Below, piece after piece: positions 23,419 to 32,464 of a stretch of 35,496 nucleotides of DNA (the stretch's first letter is position 1; the number at the start of each line of letters is the position of its first letter). The notes under the pieces were generated by a model. That model was given only the letters and a program-made list of their open reading frames with translations, did no database searches and was not told the DNA's origin. The DNA lies in the NCBI GenBank assembly GCA_900291995.1, contig OLMU01000858.1:1-35496 (forward strand), read 5' to 3'. The stretch is from Licmophora abbreviata. Taxonomy: Eukaryota. A program made the translations under genes and the position numbers.

Positions 23419-26400
23419 ATGAACAACCCAAACGGAGAAAACGGCGCTTCTGTTCCGTCCTGGATGGCCTCGGCTGGTGTCTCAGAAGACCCAGGAAATA
23501 AGGACGATTTGGAACTCTCCCACAAGAAGCGCCTCGCAATGATTCTACGTTACATTGCCACGATGCATCACAGTGCCGACGCCCAAAAAGGAATTTCTTT
23601 CGTCCATGATGGGCTCCCTCGTCAGCAGCGTAACGAAGGTATCCTCTTTACTACATCGGATTTCCGTCATGTAATGGCGATGGATGCCGAAGGGGCATTG
23701 TTTTCATCCGCCCCGTTTTCTTTCTATGCAGCATCCACCAGCGGCTCTCCGATTGGCACCATCGCGTCTAGGAAGCAAACGATTGGGACAGCCATCAAAA
23801 ATACGCTGCTGCCGAAACCGCAGGCTGTCGATGGACGTCCTTGCTGGCTGCGGCTCACGAGGATATCGGCAGAAGTTCCGCCACGACTCACGCACGCCAT
23901 CAAGCAGTATCTCCGTTCCTGGAAAGAGTCCAGCGGACCCAACACCACTATCTCTGACCTCTTAACATCTGAGAGACTCGCAAATGCACCCAATGTCGCT
24001 CAAAGTCGACACGCCCATGAAATTAAATCCTTCCTCAGGCAGTACAAGAAATTTCTGAAGCGGAAGCGGATGCGAACATCGCTAGAGCCATTATACAATC
24101 GACTCTTCGAGTGGCTCCAGGAGCAGGGTGCACAAGAGCTTGTGTGGGGATTTGGCAGCGCCCGAATGCAGTTGGAGGGGGGTAGCTACGTGCAGGGACC
24201 ACTGCTCGAGGTACTGGTTGAGGTCGAGCTGGCCAAAGACGGAGGTCTTTTGGTTCGTCCGAGATCTCATACTGGCGTTGCGCTCAATCGAGAAGTCACG
24301 TCAGCCTTGACTGACAACGGAAACCGCGACGTTCTATCCAGTTTTCATCGCACGGTCGCTGATCTCGAGACCTATCAGTTGAGTCCGGGGCAGCCGAGTA
24401 GTTATGCGTCACTTTTGAAGCGCGTGGCTGTCGAACTCTCGCCAGGAGGCACCTTCATCTCGTCGTCTAGTGGCACCATGCCCCAAGATCGTTCCAAATT
24501 AACTGTGACCGATTCCTGGATGCTTTTTTCTCGTCCCAAGCCGAGCACTGTATGGGCCCGCGATGCATCAGCACTTGCCGAGCTCGTGCTGTCCCAGAGA
24601 ACGACACTTCCGCTCGCCGCATGGTCGTTGACTCACGGCCCAGGTGTACTCGAAGCAATGTGTCCGAACACTAAGAATGAAGGGTCGAAAGGCATTCTAT
24701 CGACTTTTAAGATCGCGTTATTTGGCAAAGAGAAGATGGAGACCCTTGCAGCGAACGTGGAGAGGCCACTTCTTCCGCTACCCTCTTCGGCGGCGCAGGA
24801 TCGGATCGCCAATTTGATCACGACAAGGAACGCTCCTGCGATCGTATGCGAAGGTCCTCCGGGAACAGGAAAGACTCATACAATCGCAAACATTGTCTGC
24901 TCTCAGTTATGTCAAGGTAAACGTGTCCTAGTTACATCCAAGGGCTCCCCGGCACTTTCCGTGCTGCGTGAGCGCCTCCCAAAGTGTGTGCAGGAGTTGT
25001 GTGTCGACGTCTCGCTTAGTGAATCCTCTGGTATGCGACAGTTGCAGCAGACCGTTGAGCGACTGGCTGACCGGGTATCTGGGATCAGCACAGACGTGCA
25101 GCAGGAGCAGTGCGAGTTGCTCCAGCGAAATATCCAGCAGCTCGAGGCCGAACGGAGCGAGATCGACCGAAAGTTGAAGGCTCACAACGAACTCACGCGA
25201 AAAATCGTGCAAAGTAAAGACGGACAAGAGATTATTGAGGTAGCGCTCTCCCTCGTCGAAACAGTTCCGTGGATGATGAGAAGCGCAACCACCTGGACAG
25301 TGGCAGACGCGAATGCGCTTGTCGAACGTGTCGATTCCCTTCACGTCAATGCAACCCACCCCCATGGCCGAGTGTCTGGCTGTCAGAGTTTTCCGTCAAA
25401 AGCGCTCGTTTCACTAGTTGCGGCGAAATCTGGAGAATCAGCATCGTATGCAAAGACGGCTGCTGCTCGGGCGATTAGCTCAATCCCCTTGTTCGGAAAC
25501 TCAACAAAGTTGGCGCAAGAACTGGCGCAACAAGAAGTCTCAGAGCTCAAGGTTGACGGTGCCGCTCCTACGTCAAAAGCGGATTGGAAGGTGGTACTAT
25601 GCGCGCTACGGCACATTCAATCGATGAACGAGTTCCATTGTGAAGTTGTCACGCCCCTCGTGACCCGCGATGACTGGTCGGAAGTTGACGTATATGACCA
25701 GGCAGCTGACAGAAAAGCTTTTCAAAACAGCTTTGTTGATAATCTAGGTAAACTTGCCAGAATGAAAGAGCTATGCTGGAAGCAAAACGTATCGGGCGAA
25801 ATCGAACGCGCTGTGACAGCTCAGCAGATGGATGCACGTAGAAGCAAGATAACGCTGACTCTCCAGCGCTTGGCGGAAGACTTGGTAGATGCAACAGTCG
25901 TGACATCCTTGAGTCGAATGTTCACCCCCGACGCTCAAAGCGCGCTCATTCGTTTTGCTCAGATAAGTGGGAAGGCGAAATTCAGTCGATCGTCTCAGGT
26001 GTCGAAGATGACTCAACGCCAGCGTCGCCATCGGCAGGAGTATCTGGATGCATTTGAGAAGTGCGTGCGATATATTCCTTGCTGGATTCTTACATCTTCG
26101 CAAATCAGTGACTATCTCCCCGCAGAGTTTGGTCTCTTTGACTTGGTCATAATTGACGAGGCATCCCAGAGCGACATTACTGTCCTTCCGGGTATTCTCC
26201 GTGGAAAGCAATGGTTAATCGTTGGAGACGGCAAGCAGGTTAGTCCAAGCGAGAGCTTCGTTTCGGAGGCGCAGATTGATAGCCTCCGTGCCGCGCTCCC
26301 AGAGTCGCCACTTGACGACAGTCTCCTTCCGGGCCACAGTTTCTTCGATCTGTGTGCGCAGGCCTTTCCGAGTGGTCGGGTGGTTCTCAGCGAACACTTT

Positions 26401-28146
26401 CGATGCGCTCCTGAAATTATTGACTTCAGCAACGTCCAGTTCTACAACGGTCGCCTGATCCCCCTCCGCCTCCCCACAAGTGCAGAGCGCCTGCAGCCGT
26501 CGATTGTCGACGTGAGAGTAAAAAACGCGACCAAAGTCGGCAAGATCAACGAGAAAGAATGTGACACCATCGTTGCAATGGTTCGCGATTTCGTAACCAA
26601 GTCTGCAACGGACTCCTTTCCAAGAAGTATCGGGGTCATTTCTCTCGTTGGCGATGAACAGAGTCGCCTCATCCGTGGTCGACTGTTGGACTCCATTGGC
26701 CCTCAGAAGTACAAGGAGCATGATCTTTTGGTGGGTGACGCCCCGACATTCCAAGGTGCGGAACGCGATGTAATATTTCTAAGCATGGTCTGTTCACCTG
26801 GAGCAGTGCCGACTCAAGCGCAGTTGATGCACGCACAGCGGGCAAATGTTGCTCTCTCGAGGGCACGCGATAGAATGTTGCTCGTTCGAAGCATCGATGC
26901 AAACCACATTTCAAGCCAGGAAGACATTAAGCTTCCAATACTAGAATTCTTTGCTAAGCATGGCAAGAAACTCGATGAGCCCCTTGAACAAGTCAGTCAC
27001 GACAGCGGACAGCGCGATGGCGGGATCGTGCCCTGCCGTGCTCAGGCTGAGCAACTCTTGGAGAGTATGCTCTGCAGTCGAGGGTACACGGTGAGACGCA
27101 TGGGGATCGTCTGGCATGATGCTCTTTGCGTGGAGAACGCTTCTAGCGGAAGGAGAGCAGCGGTGTGCATCGATGGTGCTGGCGAAAGTACACATCACTG
27201 GAATCGTCTCGTCACCCAGCAAAAGTCGATTGAGCGAGTGGGTTGGAAGTCGATTCGAGTTGATGCATTGTCGTTTCTGATGAACTTTTCAAGTACGCTT
27301 CAATCTGTAGAAGGTTTTCTACGTGACGCTGGTGTGGAACCAGTGACAGAAAATGACACCGAAGCCGTGCTCGACCATATTGAAATCGATAATGAGGTTG
27401 CGGACGAGGACATGGAGGTAGACGAGGCAAATGTGGTGCAAGAGCAAGTGGACGACGACGAATCGATGGACGATGTGGACGATACTATTGTTGTTATCAG
27501 CAGTGATGAAGACGACGGCAAAACAGGTGATCTCAAAGTGGGGGCGATCGTGCGAGTTGAGCAGAAGATCGAAGACGAGGGAATCGACCCGTCGGCCTTC
27601 GGGGATGTGGTCGATTTGGGATTCCTTCGCGGGTCGCTTGTCGGGACGGACAGTGAAGGGCTTGAGGATCCGTATGACTATGGCAGCGGGCGACCGCTCC
27701 GCTTTTCAGGTAGAGAGCATGAGAACAGCGTCGTAAACGACTTTGAGTATCGTGACTCTGACGACGACGATATCAACAACGACAACAGTGGAAATGGAGT
27801 CGCTCGGCATCCACGAGGAGAAGAGGATAGTGTAGCTAAGAGAGGCCATGACTCGGATGTGAGCGAAGGAACGTTCGACAGACCGAAAAAGCGACGTCGC
27901 AAATCGCAGCGTCGGCTAGACAGCTACGCTCGTGATCCGCGTTGGTACCCACGACACAAACGCCTTGACTCAGCTGACAACGAAAATGAGTGGTATGACA
28001 CTGACTCCGACCTGCCGGAAAGGCGCAGGTCTTCTCCGTCACTTGATGAGTCTGTCCAAGAAGTTGATGATTGTCGGAAAGTAGAGCCACTGAAAGAAGC
28101 GCTTGAGGCAAGCTTGAATGCAAACGCCAGCAAGGACAACGATTGA
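23419..28146 (+). CDS. Large SF1 (UPF1/DNA2-like AAA_11/AAA_12) helicase with DUF4011-like N-region, Vsr/MTES_1575-like nuclease domain and acidic tail
   Basis: Single uninterrupted ORF. Walker A GPPGTGKT (24853-24876), VLVTS, DLVIIDEASQ (DEASQ from 26155), VGDGKQ, EHFRC, FQGAERD, RANVALSRARD. Then RGYTV...RRAAVCIDG...QKSIERVGWKSIRV (~27040-27330). Start at MNNPNGE (23419) is inferred; the ORF opens at 23308. Confidence 0.85.
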   Translation: MNNPNGENGASVPSWMASAGVSEDPGNKDDLELSHKKRLAMILRYIATMHHSADAQKGISFVHDGLPRQQRNEGILFTTSDFRHVMAMDAEGALFSSAPFSFYAASTSGSPIGTIASRKQTIGTAIKNTLLPKPQAVDGRPCWLRLTRISAEVPPRLTHAIKQYLRSWKESSGPNTTISDLLTSERLANAPNVAQSRHAHEIKSFLRQYKKFLKRKRMRTSLEPLYNRLFEWLQEQGAQELVWGFGSARMQLEGGSYVQGPLLEVLVEVELAKDGGLLVRPRSHTGVALNREVTSALTDNGNRDVLSSFHRTVADLETYQLSPGQPSSYASLLKRVAVELSPGGTFISSSSGTMPQDRSKLTVTDSWMLFSRPKPSTVWARDASALAELVLSQRTTLPLAAWSLTHGPGVLEAMCPNTKNEGSKGILSTFKIALFGKEKMETLAANVERPLLPLPSSAAQDRIANLITTRNAPAIVCEGPPGTGKTHTIANIVCSQLCQGKRVLVTSKGSPALSVLRERLPKCVQELCVDVSLSESSGMRQLQQTVERLADRVSGISTDVQQEQCELLQRNIQQLEAERSEIDRKLKAHNELTRKIVQSKDGQEIIEVALSLVETVPWMMRSATTWTVADANALVERVDSLHVNATHPHGRVSGCQSFPSKALVSLVAAKSGESASYAKTAAARAISSIPLFGNSTKLAQELAQQEVSELKVDGAAPTSKADWKVVLCALRHIQSMNEFHCEVVTPLVTRDDWSEVDVYDQAADRKAFQNSFVDNLGKLARMKELCWKQNVSGEIERAVTAQQMDARRSKITLTLQRLAEDLVDATVVTSLSRMFTPDAQSALIRFAQISGKAKFSRSSQVSKMTQRQRRHRQEYLDAFEKCVRYIPCWILTSSQISDYLPAEFGLFDLVIIDEASQSDITVLPGILRGKQWLIVGDGKQVSPSESFVSEAQIDSLRAALPESPLDDSLLPGHSFFDLCAQAFPSGRVVLSEHFRCAPEIIDFSNVQFYNGRLIPLRLPTSAERLQPSIVDVRVKNATKVGKINEKECDTIVAMVRDFVTKSATDSFPRSIGVISLVGDEQSRLIRGRLLDSIGPQKYKEHDLLVGDAPTFQGAERDVIFLSMVCSPGAVPTQAQLMHAQRANVALSRARDRMLLVRSIDANHISSQEDIKLPILEFFAKHGKKLDEPLEQVSHDSGQRDGGIVPCRAQAEQLLESMLCSRGYTVRRMGIVWHDALCVENASSGRRAAVCIDGAGESTHHWNRLVTQQKSIERVGWKSIRVDALSFLMNFSSTLQSVEGFLRDAGVEPVTENDTEAVLDHIEIDNEVADEDMEVDEANVVQEQVDDDESMDDVDDTIVVISSDEDDGKTGDLKVGAIVRVEQKIEDEGIDPSAFGDVVDLGFLRGSLVGTDSEGLEDPYDYGSGRPLRFSGREHENSVVNDFEYRDSDDDDINNDNSGNGVARHPRGEEDSVAKRGHDSDVSEGTFDRPKKRRRKSQRRLDSYARDPRWYPRHKRLDSADNENEWYDTDSDLPERRRSSPSLDESVQEVDDCRKVEPLKEALEASLNANASKDND

Positions 28147-28259
28147 CGTCCATAATATAGTCATCGCAGCATGCCCTGGCGCGTCCTGCCTACTTGTAGC
28201 GATCGGACGGAATCAGTACAATTTTAGCGACGTTTATCTTATAGCATTCAGATTATGTG

Positions 28260-29419
28260 TTACCTGATGACAACCTGCATTTCTTGACCCGACTCCGATA
28301 GGCGGGCCATACACTAGCATGGAGACGGGGACGAGGAGATTAGTTCTTGAATCCGAGTTCCTTCAGACACATGTCGGTTACACATACAATAATACTTACA
28401 AATGCACGGAGATCGTGTTCCATCGGCGAGTTCTGTCCTGTGTCGCTTCGCAACGCATCATCCAAGGGTTTGGTGTGGCTCATTAGCTCTGTCGGCGCTA
28501 TCCCCCCAAGATGAGTTCTCAAGGCTGCGTCTTGTTTCTTTCCGCCGTGATGCACGGCGATCTTTGCCTTGGTCGACTCCCGAAGGAGAGGAGATAGGAG
28601 ACGATAGAGCGTGCCGAACCATCGAGGGGTGTTGATCAGAAGGGTCTTGTGCGAACGCTGTGGGAAGTGAGAGCTCATCATAGAGACGAACTGTTTGACA
28701 AACGGCAGTGTGTCCATAACTGTCCCAAAGTGCACTCCCTTGAGATCGATCACGGAGGTCATGGTCTGATCGGGGCGGGGCTCAATGATGTTCCAGCAGT
28801 ATTCCAATACATAAACCCAATGCATCAGTAGCTCGTGTGTGTCGACGCTATTGTTTTTAGCGAGAGTGAAGTCGATCCTGTTAGGGTGCTGCACAAAGAC
28901 AACATGCCCTGTTGGATCCCGTCCAGCAAAGTAGTGCGGCAAGGCCTCCTTACAGATGTCGTAGGTCTGATGCGGTCGTCCAAGGATTGTATCCACCTCA
29001 TGCAGAACCCGCCACTCTAGCGTGCTCTGGAATGAAGCCTTGGCCTTTTCTCGGTCGCCTTTCTGCATTCGTAAAAAACGACCAGGCAATCCATCCGGAT
29101 CGGACTCGCTGCCGTCTCCAGGTTGGCATAGTGGAAAGTTGTATTTGCACGACTTCGACTTTGGAATAGAGGCATCTTCCATCGTCGAGGGACTGACCAC
29201 CACATCGATCGTATCTCTCGCCACAGTGATAGTGTCAGACGAGCCACCGGCATCTCCAGATCTTGAAGAAAAGGCGAATTTCACCTCGAGAGATCCCTGG
29301 AAGGATACCGCCGATACAGCCGAGAAATCCTCAATCGTAGCAGACAATCCGGCAATCAAAACGACCATGCGCGAATGTCTTGTGCGATGCCGTCGATACT
29401 GCTGAGTTCTGGGACTCAT
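28260..29419 (-). CDS. CRAL-TRIO/Sec14-domain lipid-binding protein, 2 exons
   Basis: Exons 29419-28400 and 28313-28260; intron 28399-28314 (GTAAGT...CTAG, 86 nt). Motifs RFLR...TLEWR, GRDPTGHVV, VIDLKG, HFPQRSHKTLLINTPRWF and PLLRESTKAKI. Confidence 0.85.
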
Positions 29420-29730
29420 TTACATAGGTTTGGGAGCTTGGTTGTATTCAAGAGAGAAAGCGGAAGCTGTCGACGGAGGCGTCTCTTTGCCCATCATGGT
29501 TGAAAGAAAATGTCAGTCACTCAGAGTGCGTCCCGATTTTTACGTAGCCGTAGGTTCAAAAGCTATGTGAAGTACTCCCGATCGCTTCGCGTCATTATGT
29601 TAGGGTTAAGGGCCGCGAACACCGTGTTAAATCTCTTGTCATTTCTTAGAAGAGACAAGCTTGTTTTCAAGATTTCGGATGCTAGCCCGGCCGCTGGGGA
29701 GGAGCTCGGCCGATCGAGAAGCGATGAACT

Positions 29731-29760
29731 AAAATCAAAAATCAAAAATCATAAAATCAA
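29731..29760 (+). repeat. Short degenerate (AAAATC/AAAAATC)n tandem repeat
   Basis: aaaatcaaaaatcaaaaatcataaaatcaa in the intergenic region. Confidence 0.6.
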
Positions 29761-30025
29761 ACCTTTACGCGATTGATTCGATTCATCTCTCATCACTCAT
29801 CAAAGCAGTCTGTTTGACTACGTCGACTAAAACCCGGACCTGTACTCGTAGACTACAAACTCAAATACCACGACCACCACCACACTAGAGTCTACAAAGT
29901 ATTCATAATGGTACCCCGTACTATCTCACAGGGCTCGCTTCACTTGACCAGCAGTCGTAGTCAGCTGATACCCTACAATATATGGCTCTACCTAGAAACA
30001 AATTCCTCCGAAGCGAGAAGAGCGA

Positions 30026-31308
30026 TCAATATCTCAGGATCTGGTCAATCATCCCGCGTGCTTGATTCAAGTAAAATCCTCCAAAGAGCACATCGTGATT
30101 CAGAATGTGATACAGATTGTACACCGTTCGTCGCTCCTTGTGGCCCTAGTAGACAAAGCAAGATACAAGATTTAGGAGATGTCCACCAGTCTGCAACGAG
30201 AAACTTCATCTCCTCGATCAACAACGCACCTCCGGCAGGGGCCACTCTGATTCGTAGCCATCATAGAAGTCGCTCGAGAATCCCCCGAATAAGTAGGACA
30301 TAGCAACATCGGCTTCCCTGTCTCCATAATAGGTTGCAGGATCAAAAATCACTGGCACAACCGTACCGTCCGCTTCTCGTGCGAACGCTATCATTGCAGT
30401 TTGAAGTTGCGAAGCACCGTGGCGCATGCTGTGAGGCTCTTGTTGCAGGACGGCCATAGAGACACCAGTGAAAAAAAACAACAGAACCTCTAGTCTGACA
30501 TACCTTTGTTTCCACCCCACAGATCGCCGTGAATCAAACTTGGTTCCGGATTGTGCGACAAGAGTTGTCTCGTTTTGGAACGTAACTCATCAACGTCAGA
30601 CTTATTCATCCCAGCATCGTTGGTAAGCCGCAGCATGTGCCCCAGACGGTGCGTATCCCAAAAGTTGGCCCAGTCATCCATCCGCGGGATATTCGGCTGT
30701 GGCGTCGCCCCAATGGTATTGTCCACCTCGAATCCGAATCCCTGATTGCCGACGCAGCGGTGCATCTGCGCAAGCTTCTGTCCCAGTTCATATTGCGACC
30801 CTCCGCCGCAGAAATCGAGGTATTCAAAAACGACAAAGGCCATGTTCCGTGGTCCACCTTCACCATAGGCAACTGGTCGGGGTACGCGTATCGTATTGGT
30901 GCCAGCCATCGCCTTGACGCCCAAGTATTCGGCTCGAAGCATCTTTGCCCCGCCGCCGGCAGCTCCTGCGCTCTTGACAAAATATTTGTCGCCAGTAGCA
31001 GCGTCGACGACGGCGGAAGTACTGGCGCCGCCACCACCAGAGGAACCCCCTCCTCTGGAAGGCTCAAGCTTGACCGGCCTATTCAACGCCCGGGAAACTG
31101 CGTCAGACATTACGTCCATCATCGTTTCAGCAGTGGCCATGTACTGACGGGTCGTCGATCTGACAGATGGCGCACGGGAAGGAAGACGCGGAGAAAAAGC
31201 AAAGGCCGCGGAAGACAAAAAGAGGGTAGCAGTCACCCCCAGGGAGAAACGAGAAACAGCCGCAATGAGCGTGCCGCTGCAACGCTCTCGCCGTCGCCGC
31301 ACCGCCAT
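30026..31308 (-). CDS. Fructosamine/ribulosamine-3-kinase family protein, plastid-targeted, 3 exons
   Basis: Exons 31308-30504, 30387-30230, 30145-30026; introns 116 and 84 nt. Motifs [51 protein letters not shown]; the spliced last exon gives [17 protein letters not shown]. Presequence with AFA|FSP. Confidence 0.92.
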
Positions 31309-31634
31309 GGTTCTCAAACTACGACGTTCGAAGGTTCGAAACGATCTTTCTCGATGAACTCTGCGAGTGTGCACTGACGTCACCCCTGTAGGTCCGGGTG
31401 ATGTCTTCAAATCGATCCATTCGACTGAGAGTAGAAATCGTTCGAAATTGAAAATGAAAAACCTCGGCATGACTCGACTCGACTCACTCGGCTGCCTGCT
31501 GTCTGCCCCATTGACTCATGCTGTATCCTTTTTCCGTCCCCTCCACCAGCGCCTTAGAAAGTGTGAACTCGAGAAGGAAGGAAGCAAAAGCGGAAAGAAC
31601 GAAGGTCGTCCGGTAAACATCCGAGGTCACCGAC

Positions 31635-32264
31635 ATGCGCTCCGCCATCTCTTTCTCCCCTCTGACGCAGCCCTGCTTCCTGGCGAGACTGATTCGGAAA
31701 GCGCCCCCATTCCGGACACCAGAACCGTTTTTAATACATTCAAGGTCGATAACGGTGAAAGAAGCTAGGGAAATTTTGGGGATATCGCCAACAGGAACAT
31801 TCACGGCAAGCGAGCTGCGCGTAAAATACTTCGAGGAGGCCAAACGATGTCACCCAGATAGTACATCCCTTGAAACGATCTCTGCCAAAACAGACGCCCC
31901 TCAGCCCCAAAGGTTTCACTTGGCTACTGAGGCATACGAACTGTTGCAGAAAGCCTCTATTTATGGTTCGTCACCGAGTGACCTGGGCATCACGCATTCA
32001 GAAGACGCGGAGTACAGGATGGCCTGTCAGGTTTGGCTTGGAATTGACGCAGAGGTCGTTGAAGAATCGAAACAATGTCCGGCATTTCGTCAATGGTTGC
32101 AAGGGAAGACCGATGCGGCGTTCCACTGGAGACTGTTCTTTATGAAACACGGCGGATTGGCAAGGAAACTACGGACGCCCATAGCACAAATAGGCCAAAG
32201 CCAGAGCGCAGCAATACCACAGTCTTCCGCGAGGCGAAGGCGACCCTCCTCGAAACTGAGATGA
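31635..32264 (+). CDS. J-domain (DnaJ-like) co-chaperone, possibly organelle-targeted
   Basis: AREILGIS...ELRVKYFEEAKRCHPD...RFHLATEAYELL with an intact HPD motif; basic N-terminal extension with few acidic residues. Confidence 0.8.
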   Translation: MRSAISFSPLTQPCFLARLIRKAPPFRTPEPFLIHSRSITVKEAREILGISPTGTFTASELRVKYFEEAKRCHPDSTSLETISAKTDAPQPQRFHLATEAYELLQKASIYGSSPSDLGITHSEDAEYRMACQVWLGIDAEVVEESKQCPAFRQWLQGKTDAAFHWRLFFMKHGGLARKLRTPIAQIGQSQSAAIPQSSARRRRPSSKLR

Positions 32265-32464
32265 GCGACATCAACTGCCATTTTAACATGTTACTGTTAT
32301 CTCAAGGGCTGATTGCAGCTTGGAGAGAGTACTCGCGTACCAGCACAGTGGAATCGCGCACTTAGAATATTGCATTCGAGCATAACACATAGCTTCTACA
32401 GTAGTACCGATCATACTAGTATCATTTTGCGTAACTACCTGCAGAGACTTTTGATGTAAATCGC

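Noticed and set aside
22847..23422. 191-aa ORF whose stop overlaps the helicase ATG, like a bacterial operon partner
   Set aside because: GTG start, no motifs, and it covers the probable helicase promoter in a eukaryotic context; most likely chance.
23000..28300. Helicase as part of a mobile element (Helitron or endogenous virus) or bacterial contamination
   Set aside because: No Rep/HUH domain, integrase, capsid gene or terminal repeats seen; the helicase is UPF1/DNA2-like rather than PIF1-like; flanks are ordinary eukaryotic genes and I see no obvious compositional break.
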